Below are positions 18,491-28,249 of a stretch of 64,000 nt of DNA, in pieces; the stretch's first letter is position 1, and each line of letters opens with the position of its first letter. The position numbers and the translations under genes were made by a program. Below the pieces are notes generated by a model, which searched no databases, was not told where the DNA came from, and was given only the letters and a program-made list of their open reading frames with translations. The stretch comes from Patescibacteria group bacterium (GTDB taxonomy: Bacteria > Patescibacteriota > Microgenomatia > UBA1400 > PJMF01), in contig JBBDKV010000017.1 of NCBI GenBank assembly GCA_040879165.1, positions 23,739 through 87,738 on the forward strand, read 5' to 3'.

Positions 18491-19747
18491 ATGAAGATAT
18501 CCTATGTCACTGCTCACGAAATTCTTGATTCTAATGGTCGTCCTACGATTGAGGTAGAGGTTGGCCTGGATGATGGCACGACGGCGCTGGGGCAAGTTCC
18601 CTCAGGTGCTTCCACTGGCTCAAAGGAAGCTATCGAGCTGCGCGATCACGATGATAAGCGATACTTTGGTAAAGGGGTGCTCAAAGCAGTAGAGAATGTT
18701 GAAACACATATCTCACAAGCACTTGAAGGTCAGGATGCGAACGATCAGGCAGCAATTGACCAAATTCTGCTCGACCTAGATGGCACTGACAATAAAAGTC
18801 GCCTTGGTGCAAATGCCATGGTCGGTACTTCTATGGCCGTCTGTCGCGCTGCCGCACTCAGTACAAAAAACCCTCTCTATCAGTATCTTGGAGAAATTAC
18901 TGGCAACCAAACATTCTCCATGCCCGCACCGATGATCCTACTCATGGAAGGTGGCAAGCACGGCAACTGGGCGACTGATATCCAAGAATTTTGTGTGTTT
19001 CCGTTAACTGGGGCTTTTGCTTCTTTTCGTGAAACACTGCGTGCTGGTGCAGAAATTTTTCACACGCTTGGGCAAATTTTGGCCAACAAAAACTATGACG
19101 TGGGCGTTGGTTTTGAGGGAGCGTATGCTCCCAAACAACTTAGCTCAAATGCCGAGGCTTTTGACATCATAATGTCAGCCGTTGAGCAGAGTGGCTATAC
19201 GATGGGGCGACATTTTGTTTTTGCAATTGACATCGCAGCCAGCGAATTTTTCCATGATGGTACATATATTTTAGCAAGCGAGGATAATAAAGAAATGACT
19301 CCTGATGCCTGGGAGCGACAGGTGCTTGACTGGGCAAACCAGTATCCTATTTGGTCAATAGAGGATCCATTTGATGAGCAGGACTGGGCACATTGGTCCC
19401 ACTTTAATCAAACATTGAACAACACCAAGCAAGTGGTGGGTGATGATCTCGTCGTAACAAACGTAGCATTAATTCAGCAAGCCATTGAACAAAAAGCCAT
19501 GAACGCCACACTAATCAAGCTTAATCAAATTGGCACAGTTACAGAGACTTTGGCGGCTATCACACTTTCACAAAAAGCCGGATTTAATTCAGTAATTTCT
19601 CACCGCAGTGGCGAAACCAATGACAATTTTATTGCTGACTTGGCAGTTGGCACAGTGGCAAATCAATGCAAATTTGGCGGGCCTGATCGGGGAGAGCGGT
19701 TGGCAAAGTACAATCGGTTATTAAGAATTGAAAATGAGTTGAGGTAA
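18491..19747 (+). CDS. eno: Enolase (phosphopyruvate hydratase)
   Basis: N-terminal ISYVTAHEILDSNGRPTIEVEV and the conserved SHRSGETND motif. 418 aa. Confidence 0.95.
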   Translation: MKISYVTAHEILDSNGRPTIEVEVGLDDGTTALGQVPSGASTGSKEAIELRDHDDKRYFGKGVLKAVENVETHISQALEGQDANDQAAIDQILLDLDGTDNKSRLGANAMVGTSMAVCRAAALSTKNPLYQYLGEITGNQTFSMPAPMILLMEGGKHGNWATDIQEFCVFPLTGAFASFRETLRAGAEIFHTLGQILANKNYDVGVGFEGAYAPKQLSSNAEAFDIIMSAVEQSGYTMGRHFVFAIDIAASEFFHDGTYILASEDNKEMTPDAWERQVLDWANQYPIWSIEDPFDEQDWAHWSHFNQTLNNTKQVVGDDLVVTNVALIQQAIEQKAMNATLIKLNQIGTVTETLAAITLSQKAGFNSVISHRSGETNDNFIADLAVGTVANQCKFGGPDRGERLAKYNRLLRIENELR

Positions 19748-19778
19748 TACAGCTATGAATGAAGCATATCCAAATCAA

Positions 19779-20342
19779 CTACCCCCGAGAAACATAACTA
19801 CAAGTCTGTGTATCAATGACGACTAAATCGCCTGTTTTCACAAAAATTGGCACGGCAATTTTCATACCAGTTTCAAGCTCTGCTTCTTTGCGAGCTTGAC
19901 CAACCGTATTGCCCGCCGCTGCCTCCTCGGCGTGCTTGACTTTCAAACTGACTTTAGGAGGTAATGAAACGCCTATGGCTTTATCTTGGTAGAGCAATAC
20001 ATACACCTTACTATCACTAGTCAATAACTGCACTTGCTTACCAATCAGACTAACGGGCACACTAATTTGATCAAAGTTTCGCGGATCCATGAAAGTTGCT
20101 TCTGTGTCATCAGCGTAGAGGAACTGCAACTCGCGACTTACAACCTCAACTTCTTCAATCGGCTCGGTGGACTTGAACGTATATTCCTGCGTCGAGCCAG
20201 TTTCCGCGCTTCTGATTTTCGCCCGCATAAATGCCGAGCCCTTGCCAGGACTGACAAACTCAGTTTTGGTAACTTGATGGGGCACATTTTTGTGTAGAAT
20301 GTACTTTCCCTTGCGAATATTGCCTGCTTTGATGGTGGACAT
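19779..20342 (-). CDS. efp: Elongation factor P
   Basis: 187 aa. The KPGKG loop (SPGKGSAFMRAKIR) carries the modifiable Lys. Confidence 0.95.
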   Translation of the reverse strand: MSTIKAGNIRKGKYILHKNVPHQVTKTEFVSPGKGSAFMRAKIRSAETGSTQEYTFKSTEPIEEVEVVSRELQFLYADDTEATFMDPRNFDQISVPVSLIGKQVQLLTSDSKVYVLLYQDKAIGVSLPPKVSLKVKHAEEAAAGNTVGQARKEAELETGMKIAVPIFVKTGDLVVIDTQTCSYVSRG

Positions 20343-20372
20343 AGAGGTGAATTATAGCACTTCGCTTAATTT

Positions 20373-21134
20373 TCAGGCACAGCCTGATGCATTCACGCTA
20401 GATAAAAACTGAGTAGTAGAGAAACCAGTTTGTCTGGGTAGTGAAATGTACTCGCAATTACAAGCTTCGGCCCGCTCAAACATCTTGTCCTGATCTCGCG
20501 AACTCATATCATTGTTGCCAAAATAATACGTTGGCTTCAGTTTTTTTAATAACGAGGTATACCCACTGTCAGAGTAGGGAACTTTAGAAATTCTCATTAC
20601 TAAACCATCAAAACCAGATGCAAGAACCCACTGCCACCGCAACCAATCCTTGGCGAAAGGCTGGACAGATTTAAATTTTTTTGTCCTCCAGCCATCTTCC
20701 ATACCCAGAACAAGAATGTCGCATCGTTCGCGCGCCATTATAACATTTGCCCAATTGGCAGGAGTAAGCAAGCGATAGTGTCCGTGTACAAACCCAACTG
20801 TTTTTTGACTCTGCACATAAGTTTCAATTTTGGCACCAACCTCTTGCGAATGATGCACATGAGATTTTACACCATCGCCTGGAACATGCCAGGGAATTAA
20901 GTCGTTAATCGGAATATTCCGAGCAATCTCTTGATCGCAGAGAGCTGTTGAAAGCATGCGATAATAATCAAAACTTGTTGTTAATGCAATAGCTGATAGA
21001 CCGGCACAAAAAACCGCTCCACTGCGTTGGTCTCCAAATTGCTCTAGATATATCGATGCCGCACTTTTGACTTGATCGTCATACTCAGTCTGCCATGCTG
21101 CTCTTAAATACGCAGTATTTTCTTTATTCAGCAT
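20373..21134 (-). CDS. Cytidylyltransferase-like (HIGH-motif nucleotidyltransferase) protein with an N-terminal extension of about 110 aa
   Basis: GFVHGHYRLLTPANWANVIMARERCDILVLGMED aligns with the GxFDxxHxGH...D.LVV of the RfaE-II/TagD family. The downstream LASGFDGLVMRI and YSDSGYTSLL resemble the ISST region. Inference. Confidence 0.4.
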   Translation of the reverse strand: MLNKENTAYLRAAWQTEYDDQVKSAASIYLEQFGDQRSGAVFCAGLSAIALTTSFDYYRMLSTALCDQEIARNIPINDLIPWHVPGDGVKSHVHHSQEVGAKIETYVQSQKTVGFVHGHYRLLTPANWANVIMARERCDILVLGMEDGWRTKKFKSVQPFAKDWLRWQWVLASGFDGLVMRISKVPYSDSGYTSLLKKLKPTYYFGNNDMSSRDQDKMFERAEACNCEYISLPRQTGFSTTQFLSSVNASGCA

Positions 21135-21153
21135 GTTTTTTCAAATTAATATA

Positions 21154-22182
21154 TTAAATTGAAATTTCAAAAATCTCCTCACCCGTATAACTCACTACCT
21201 CACTCATTTTTCCGGAATCTGTCAATACCATCACCAGTCGATCAATCCCTAAGGCAATTCCAGCAGTTGGAGGCAAGCCTTTTTTCAGTGCTGATATAAA
21301 CTGCTCGTCAACGTCCCATGCTGGCAGCCCCTCAGCTTTACGCGCTTTGAGTTGCGCTTTGAGCCGCTTTTCCTGCTCATCAGCGTCGGTCAGCTCAGAG
21401 AACGCGTTGGCAATTTCCAGATTTCCAATATACAGCTCAAAGCGCTCCGCCAACCGCGGGTCGTCGGGCTTCAATCGTGCAAGCGCTGCCTGACTAGCTG
21501 GGTAATCATACAAAAAGGTTGGTCTTGTTTTGCCCAGTTCTGGCTCGACTTCATTGAGCATAATTTGATAAAAAATGTCATCGTAACTGGTGGTATCTGT
21601 AATGCGGTAGCCTTTTTCTTCAGCTCGCGCTCGCAGCTTTTTGACATCAAAAAATTCATCTTCAGTAATCCCAGCGTATCGCTCAAATGCCTCCAGCACA
21701 CTCAGTCGTTCCCACGGCGTACTCATGTCAAGAGTCAGGTCTTGATACCGCAACTTCTTGCCATGCTTGGAATCTACTGCCTGCCAGGCTTCCAGCACCA
21801 ACTTCTCACAGTCCACCATGAGGCCACGATAATCTGCCTCAGGTCGATACCACTCCATAATTGTAAACTCGGGATTGTGCAATCGTGTCACTGGCTCACA
21901 GTTACGAAAACTTTTACAAATCTGGAAAATTGGTCCACTGCCTGCAGCAAGCAGTTTTTTCATTTGAAACTCAGGACTAGGAGCTAAATACCCAACTTTC
22001 TCAAGCTCACCCAGCTGCCAGGTGGTTTCAAACAATAAAATACTCGGTTCGGGATCAGGATTAGCCAAAAAGAGCGGCGTATCCACTTCAAGAAAATCCT
22101 GCTGAATAAAAAACCAGCGGATTGATTGGATAATCTGCGCTCGCTTACGCAGTGTATTTATTTTGGGTGTATATTGAGTCAT
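21154..22182 (-). CDS. epmA: EF-P lysine-lysyltransferase EpmA (truncated class II LysRS paralogue)
   Basis: Class II aaRS catalytic motifs (FFIQQDFLEVDTP, ...FELYIGNLEIANAFSEL..., GIALGIDRL). 342 aa. It sits upstream of efp on the same strand. Confidence 0.8.
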   Translation of the reverse strand: MTQYTPKINTLRKRAQIIQSIRWFFIQQDFLEVDTPLFLANPDPEPSILLFETTWQLGELEKVGYLAPSPEFQMKKLLAAGSGPIFQICKSFRNCEPVTRLHNPEFTIMEWYRPEADYRGLMVDCEKLVLEAWQAVDSKHGKKLRYQDLTLDMSTPWERLSVLEAFERYAGITEDEFFDVKKLRARAEEKGYRITDTTSYDDIFYQIMLNEVEPELGKTRPTFLYDYPASQAALARLKPDDPRLAERFELYIGNLEIANAFSELTDADEQEKRLKAQLKARKAEGLPAWDVDEQFISALKKGLPPTAGIALGIDRLVMVLTDSGKMSEVVSYTGEEIFEISI

Positions 22183-22391
22183 GGGAAGTTGAACTCATTA
22201 CGAAACTTAAACTACTATTAATTTTGAATATATTTGATGCATTTTAGCAGTTTTTGGACGACGATAGTACCCCCATGAATACTTGCCACGCAGATGCTCA
22301 GCTTGGCGGGCGTAGCCACAGCTACTTGAGGAGGACAAAAATGCTATAAATGTTCAAATAGATTTGAAAGAAATGTGGTTTAAGTTTTGTA

Positions 22392-23129
22392 ATGAGTTCA
22401 GTATATAATGCCAGAATCATGACAGCACAGCCTACAATTAAACTGCAAGCCTATATTGCCCAACATGGCGTTACTTCACGCCGAAAAGCTGAAGAGCTAA
22501 TCGAAGCTGGCAAGGTCGTGGTCAATGGAGAGCGTGCCCATATTGGCCAGCGTATTGATCCAAATACAGCGGTGGTTTTGGTCGCAGGGGAACGGATCGG
22601 CAAGCCCATCAATGCCAAATACTTTCTTATTTACAAACCACGTGGCGTCATCTCCACCACTAGTGATGAGCTTGGGCGGCGCACAGTCTTAAGCCTCATC
22701 CCGCCGCAAGATGAGCGACTATATCCTGTTGGACGACTTGACCGTGACAGCGAAGGTCTGATGCTACTCACCAATGACGGTGATCTGGCACATAAGTACA
22801 CACACCCCTCCTTTGGAGTTGAAAAAACGTATCGGGTTACACCTGATAGACGCCTCAGTCGTGATGCCTATGAGCACTTGGAGCGCGGTGTCAAACTCAA
22901 AGATGGTTGGGCAAAACCAACCGCACTTGCTGAGCTACACAACGATGATTCTGGAGAGCTTGAGATAACCATGACTGAGGGGCGCAACCAAGAAATTCGC
23001 CGCATGCTCAGAAGGGTGGGGTATGAGGTTGCGCGACTCATCCGCGTCAGGTTGGGAGATTTTCACTTGTCAGATCTCAATGGTGCTGACTGGATCGAGC
23101 TGCAATCAAATGACGTGTCGAGTAATTAA
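22392..23129 (+). CDS. S4-domain pseudouridine synthase (RsuA/RluB family)
   Basis: S4 segment LQAYIAQHGVTSRRKAEELIEAGKVVVNG. Catalytic motif YPVGRLDRDSEGLMLLTNDG. Confidence 0.85.
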   Translation: MSSVYNARIMTAQPTIKLQAYIAQHGVTSRRKAEELIEAGKVVVNGERAHIGQRIDPNTAVVLVAGERIGKPINAKYFLIYKPRGVISTTSDELGRRTVLSLIPPQDERLYPVGRLDRDSEGLMLLTNDGDLAHKYTHPSFGVEKTYRVTPDRRLSRDAYEHLERGVKLKDGWAKPTALAELHNDDSGELEITMTEGRNQEIRRMLRRVGYEVARLIRVRLGDFHLSDLNGADWIELQSNDVSSN

Positions 23130-23138
23130 ATCAGAGTG

Positions 23139-24059
23139 TTAGTGTTTCTTTTTGAAAATAGAATTAGGTGTAATTGTGAGCACGTTGCGATGACTGACAA
23201 TTCCTTCTGCACCCAACAGCTGGAGCACATTTTTGCGTATCTGATGTTTCAATACCCAAGCATCCTGCGGAGAACTGGCCCAACCCGCCACCCAACACTT
23301 AACTGCTTCTTTCTCAATGTCCATGATCCAAAATTGTGGTTCTTCAACTTCCCAAAGCAGTGAACACTCCTGCACTGCCTGCTTGGCCAATCGCTCTACA
23401 ACATCAAAGTCTGCTTCTGGAATTGTCCAAAATTCTACATACGCCCAAATATTGGAATCGGTGAGCGTGTAATTCACGCACTCCTTAGTCAACATTAGCG
23501 AGTTGGGAATCACATACCGCCGCCAGTCCCAAATTTTAATTGTGGTGTGCGTACTACTGATGTCCTCGATCGTGCCATACTCATCATCGATCATCACCGT
23601 ATCTCCGGTGCGAAACTGACGAGATAGAGTCATCACTATTCCTGCAAAGACATTTTCTATGACAGGCTTGGCAGCGATTCCAATCATCACTGTTGCAACT
23701 GTTGCAATGATGGAAATAAACTGGGTGGGCAAGCTATTCCAATGAGGCAGTAATGTAAGAATAATTGCTACAATCACTAAAAATGAAATTGCTGATACCC
23801 GGATGACGCTAAAACGTTGGGCAATACCTTTTTTACCAGATTTAAGCGTCGATTCCTCAGTAATTTGAGTCAGATCAGTCTTGACAGCTTCTCCTGGCGA
23901 ACCTTCTTTAACTCGAGCGATTCTTTTTTTCTCGGAGTTATGAATAAAGCGCTTGAGCAGCAAGTACCCAAGAAAAAGGCTTCCCCAAACTACAATCACG
24001 TATAAGGTATATATTGGAAATGAGGAGAGAGCATTTGTAATATTTTGCAAAATGAACAT
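23139..24059 (-). CDS. Small-conductance mechanosensitive channel (MscS family)
   Basis: TM helices are followed by the MscS beta-domain signature FRTGDTVMIDDEYGTIEDISSTHTTIKIWDWRRYVIPNS. Confidence 0.8.
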   Translation of the reverse strand: MFILQNITNALSSFPIYTLYVIVVWGSLFLGYLLLKRFIHNSEKKRIARVKEGSPGEAVKTDLTQITEESTLKSGKKGIAQRFSVIRVSAISFLVIVAIILTLLPHWNSLPTQFISIIATVATVMIGIAAKPVIENVFAGIVMTLSRQFRTGDTVMIDDEYGTIEDISSTHTTIKIWDWRRYVIPNSLMLTKECVNYTLTDSNIWAYVEFWTIPEADFDVVERLAKQAVQECSLLWEVEEPQFWIMDIEKEAVKCWVAGWASSPQDAWVLKHQIRKNVLQLLGAEGIVSHRNVLTITPNSIFKKKH

Positions 24060-24115
24060 TGACTAGATAGTATAATCCCTACTCAGACATATACGCTACA
24101 ATCAATTATCAAGCT

Positions 24116-25762
24116 ATGACCCAAGAACAAGCACTAACCATTCTCAAAACTGGTGCCAATGTCTTTCTGACAGGTGAGCCTGGTAGTGGAAAAACGCACA
24201 CAGTGCTCGAGTATATTCAGTACTTACACCAACACGACTTGCGCGTAGCAGTCACTGCATCCACCGGCATTGCCGCCACACATTTAGCTGGCATGACCAT
24301 ACATTCTTGGAGTGGCATAGGCGTACGCAAATCCCTCACACTACGAGATAAAGTATTGCTACAAGAGAAAACACCACTGGTCACTCGAGCGCAAAAAACC
24401 AATGTTCTCATTATTGACGAAATATCTATGCTTGATGCCAGTGTGCTCAACACCGTGGACGAAGCACTACAAACTCTGCGTGATTCTGATGAACCCTTTG
24501 GTGGTCTACAGGTTATTTTTGTGGGCGACTTTTTTCAATTGCCCCCTGTGTCTCGCGATGAAGTAGTTGAGTTCGCCTACACAGCAACTTCCTGGAAAGC
24601 TGTTCAACCAGTCATTTGCTATCTGACTGAACAACATCGACACGAAGACTCGCAACTAGCTGACTTTCTGCGCGCCATTCGTAGTGGTCAGGAATATCTG
24701 GATGAACACTCCTTGCTCCATAGCCGAAGAATGGAGTTTGATATGTCAGAAACCATCACCCGCCTGTATTCCCACAATGCCGATGTTGATGGCGTTAACT
24801 CTGCCAAATTAGAAGCGATTGAAGAAGAACGTAAAGAGTTTACAATGACGAGCAAGGGACGAAAAAACATGATAGAACAGCTGCAAAAAGGCTGCCTCTC
24901 TCCCGCACTTTTGTCACTAAAAGTGGGTGCGCAAGTGATGTTCACCAAAAATAATTATGAATCAGGCTTCGTCAACGGTACTTTGGGAGAAGTAGTTGGT
25001 TTTAACGCCGAAGACCTCCCAATAATCAAAACCAAACAAGGTCAGCACATCACTGCAGAACCAATGGAGTGGCAGATTGAAGATAATGGCAAAGTACTGG
25101 CAAGCATTACCCAACTTCCTCTCAGACTTGCCTGGGCAATTACTGTACATAAGAGTCAAGGCATGACGCTAGATGCCGCAATCATCGATCTTTCCCGAGC
25201 CTTTGAATACGGACAGGGCTACGTTGCGCTCTCGCGCGTCCGATCAAGTGAGGGTTTGTACGTCATAGGATTTAATGAGCGATCGCTCCAAGTTCACCCA
25301 GATATCATCCAAGCAGATCAGAATTTTCAACAACTCTCTGAAAAGGCTGAGGATCGACTCAATGCCTATTCTGAGGATGCGCTCGTAAAAAAGCATCGCA
25401 ATTTTATTCTCAATCACGGCGGCTCACTCAAAAAAATTGCCATATCAGATAAAAAATCTGCGATAACCACTGTGGACAAAACCCTCGCATTATTTAATCA
25501 GGGTAAAAGCATTGCAGAGATCGCATCCGAGCGGGGCTTAAAAGAAAATACCATCATCAGTCATCTTGAAGAGTTAGTGTTTGGCGCCCAGCTGGAAAAA
25601 GAAAAAATCTTAGCTGAGATTCCATCTAAACTAGCCAAAAAACTACCGCGCATTCACAAAGTCCTGGCCAAGATGGAAGACAACCGGCTCGGACCAGTTT
25701 ATTATGCGCTCAAGGGGAAGTTTAGTTACGAGGAATTGCGGTTGGCAAGGATGGTGCGGTAG
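24116..25762 (+). CDS. PIF1/RecD-like ATP-dependent DNA helicase with a C-terminal HTH
   Basis: Walker A GEPGSGKTH, TASTGIAATHLAGMTIHSW, Walker B LIIDEISM and VHKSQGMT. The C-terminal HTH is KSIAEIASERGLKENTIISHL. Confidence 0.8.
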   Translation: MTQEQALTILKTGANVFLTGEPGSGKTHTVLEYIQYLHQHDLRVAVTASTGIAATHLAGMTIHSWSGIGVRKSLTLRDKVLLQEKTPLVTRAQKTNVLIIDEISMLDASVLNTVDEALQTLRDSDEPFGGLQVIFVGDFFQLPPVSRDEVVEFAYTATSWKAVQPVICYLTEQHRHEDSQLADFLRAIRSGQEYLDEHSLLHSRRMEFDMSETITRLYSHNADVDGVNSAKLEAIEEERKEFTMTSKGRKNMIEQLQKGCLSPALLSLKVGAQVMFTKNNYESGFVNGTLGEVVGFNAEDLPIIKTKQGQHITAEPMEWQIEDNGKVLASITQLPLRLAWAITVHKSQGMTLDAAIIDLSRAFEYGQGYVALSRVRSSEGLYVIGFNERSLQVHPDIIQADQNFQQLSEKAEDRLNAYSEDALVKKHRNFILNHGGSLKKIAISDKKSAITTVDKTLALFNQGKSIAEIASERGLKENTIISHLEELVFGAQLEKEKILAEIPSKLAKKLPRIHKVLAKMEDNRLGPVYYALKGKFSYEELRLARMVR

Positions 25763-25776
25763 AACAGACTTCCTTT

Positions 25777-26334
25777 CTATTCAGCTGTTTTCACCCCTTC
25801 TTTTCCTACCTGAATAATCTGCGTTAGCTCAATCAACTCATCCACCATCCGCTCAGCCCGCTCCAACACTTTCTCATCCTTTAGCTGCCCAGCATCATCA
25901 AACAACTCTTTAACAAAGGGAAAATGCAGATTTTTGCCCGAGACAATCATGCCAAAATTACTCAAAATAGGAAGCAGTGACTCCACCGCCCGCACACCAC
26001 CAAACTGACCGCTTGAAACGCTGGCTACGAGAACCGGCTTGTGTTTATAGGTAGCAAATTCTGTATCAAGGAGCGTCTTGAATTTACCTGGAAAACCATG
26101 ATTGTACTCGGGAAAAACGAGTACAAATGCATCAGCAGCCGTTGTTATGGCATGAAATTCTGGTATCTGTTGTTTTTCATCATACTCAATCTCAAAATCT
26201 CTCACATCAACCGAAACTGGAGACACGTTCGGATTTTTCTCAAGAATTGATTGCAGCAGTGCAGCTACTTTGGCGGATTGACGCTCAGGTCGCGAGGCGC
26301 CAAGGATAATTGGGATGTTGAGTGGAGTGGGCAT
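25777..26334 (-). CDS. NAD(P)H-dependent FMN reductase (flavodoxin-like fold)
   Basis: IPIILGASRPERQSAKVA at the N-terminus and FPEYNHGFPG motifs. 185 aa. Confidence 0.7.
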   Translation of the reverse strand: MPTPLNIPIILGASRPERQSAKVAALLQSILEKNPNVSPVSVDVRDFEIEYDEKQQIPEFHAITTAADAFVLVFPEYNHGFPGKFKTLLDTEFATYKHKPVLVASVSSGQFGGVRAVESLLPILSNFGMIVSGKNLHFPFVKELFDDAGQLKDEKVLERAERMVDELIELTQIIQVGKEGVKTAE

Positions 26335-26424
26335 GATAGATCGCTTTCTATTATGGTATTATACCAGCTACTTACTCGTGTTTTGTGAATCTTATTTGTA
26401 GGGATTGATTATAAGGAAGAAAAG

Positions 26425-28128
26425 ATGTTCGAAACATTTGGATTATACGGCAGCATCTCAATTATTGTCATTTTCTACATTCTTCCCTTTATACTTGCCG
26501 TACTCTTGCCTGCATGGCTGTTACCTCAACTAGTAGCTCGTTTCATTAATCGCCAAAAACTCCCCATTCCGTCACTTTTGCTATTTACTGTGAGTTTAGT
26601 GGTGCTTGCAATATTCGCAAACCTGTTCTGGGAATTTGCTCTCTTTAATAGAATTTATCACGAGTGGGATCGCACATTTTTGCCCTACACTTTTTTCTGG
26701 CATGAATCACCTAGCCTGTATGGATCAAGTTGGATTGCAACTCACTGGAAACAATGGCATCTTTATGCAATATGGCTTGTTCTGACTGAACTCATTTACA
26801 TAAGCGCTGCTTTTTTAGCGTATTTTAAAAGAAGTGGAGTGGAGAACACAAAGCTGTTTCGCAAGATTCTTGTAGCTTCGGTTATTGCACTCACTATTCT
26901 TTCAATTGTAATACCACAATTTATTTTTGCTGGAATGAAGTATTTATTTTCCGATACATACAATATTGACTACAAGCAGGTAGACGTTGCCTGTACGCCA
27001 TCAGCTAGTACCGAACCAAAAATTATCTACACCGGGACTCAAAATGAGTGGATTTCTGACATATCGGGTCAAAACTTACAACAAGCCTTCAAAAAGAATC
27101 TGCAATTAAACAGATCTCAGGACGTGCTCTCTCCCGATGGAACCATGGCTGTTATCATTTGGGAGAAAGATCTATGGATTCATTGTGTGCATAGTGACGG
27201 AGCATTTAAAATTGAGTTGCCAAAACCTGAGCAAGAAGTTGGTCACTATCAATCGGGAAGTTTTCCCTCATGGTCGCCAGATAGTCAGCAAATGGTGATA
27301 AATAACGCTGGTGATGTATTATTGGTCGATCTCACACATAAAACTACTGAAGTGCTCAAAGAAACAGTGGCAATTCGGGACAATAAGGTTGATATTACTG
27401 CCAAAGATCGCGATGTAATGATTCCTCCATTTGAATTTGGAGATGCTGATTGGAGCCCTAGCGGAACTATTTATTACACCTCATTTAATGGAGATGAAGT
27501 ACGTTTGCATGAATTGAATCCCAAAACAAATAAAAATGAGATTGTTCATCAAAGTCAAAACCTACTCGCCATTACTTCTGGGGATCCTACTGGCAACTGG
27601 CTACTGCTATCTGAACAGTCGTGGGCGACTCAGGGAGATATGAATAACTGGAAAAGTGAGAGCTACTTTTTCAACACTGCCTCAAAACAAGTGATTGAGA
27701 TTCCAGATGGAGACATATCTAATCCGGTTTGGTCACCATCTGGACAGTCTGTAGCGCAAAGCACCGGAAGTTGGATGCATTCACCCAAATTAGCAGCATT
27801 TCCAGCAACCATTTTGAATCTAGAAACACACCAGTCCACCTCCGTTACTGATATGGTTGGAATCGCTTTGGAAAATCAGAATATTAAAGTGGGAAACAAT
27901 ATTTTGGTTGTTGAAATCAAGGATTTCGTCGATGAGTCTAGAATTCTTTTGAAGATCGCCTTGCCAGGATCAGGAATTGATATTCCCCGACAGATTAATG
28001 CAATTCTAGATATGTCGACGAACGAACTCAGCATTCTGCAAGATTACCCCGCAGAGACATACGAGACTCACCAGAGCGATAGAAGCGATAGAGTTGTGCC
28101 ACTGAAGATCATAAATACTGCCTATTAA
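26425..28128 (+). CDS. Membrane protein with a C-terminal TolB/PD40-like beta-propeller domain
   Basis: The N-terminal 170 aa are multi-TM. Repeated WSPDS/WSPSG (PD40-like) motifs follow. Confidence 0.5.
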   Translation: MFETFGLYGSISIIVIFYILPFILAVLLPAWLLPQLVARFINRQKLPIPSLLLFTVSLVVLAIFANLFWEFALFNRIYHEWDRTFLPYTFFWHESPSLYGSSWIATHWKQWHLYAIWLVLTELIYISAAFLAYFKRSGVENTKLFRKILVASVIALTILSIVIPQFIFAGMKYLFSDTYNIDYKQVDVACTPSASTEPKIIYTGTQNEWISDISGQNLQQAFKKNLQLNRSQDVLSPDGTMAVIIWEKDLWIHCVHSDGAFKIELPKPEQEVGHYQSGSFPSWSPDSQQMVINNAGDVLLVDLTHKTTEVLKETVAIRDNKVDITAKDRDVMIPPFEFGDADWSPSGTIYYTSFNGDEVRLHELNPKTNKNEIVHQSQNLLAITSGDPTGNWLLLSEQSWATQGDMNNWKSESYFFNTASKQVIEIPDGDISNPVWSPSGQSVAQSTGSWMHSPKLAAFPATILNLETHQSTSVTDMVGIALENQNIKVGNNILVVEIKDFVDESRILLKIALPGSGIDIPRQINAILDMSTNELSILQDYPAETYETHQSDRSDRVVPLKIINTAY

Positions 28129-28249
28129 CTGAAATAGTTTGCTAACAGAATTATTCAAGTAGATTTGTTAAAAAATAAAGTTGCGAAGAAATATAGTTTA
28201 CACAATAGCACTTTGAAGTGATAATCTTCGAACATAATACTTACTTACT

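Noticed and set aside
21352-21987. 211-aa plus-strand ORF opposite epmA
   Set aside because: It is antisense to a gene with clear class II aaRS motifs, and its translation has no recognisable features.
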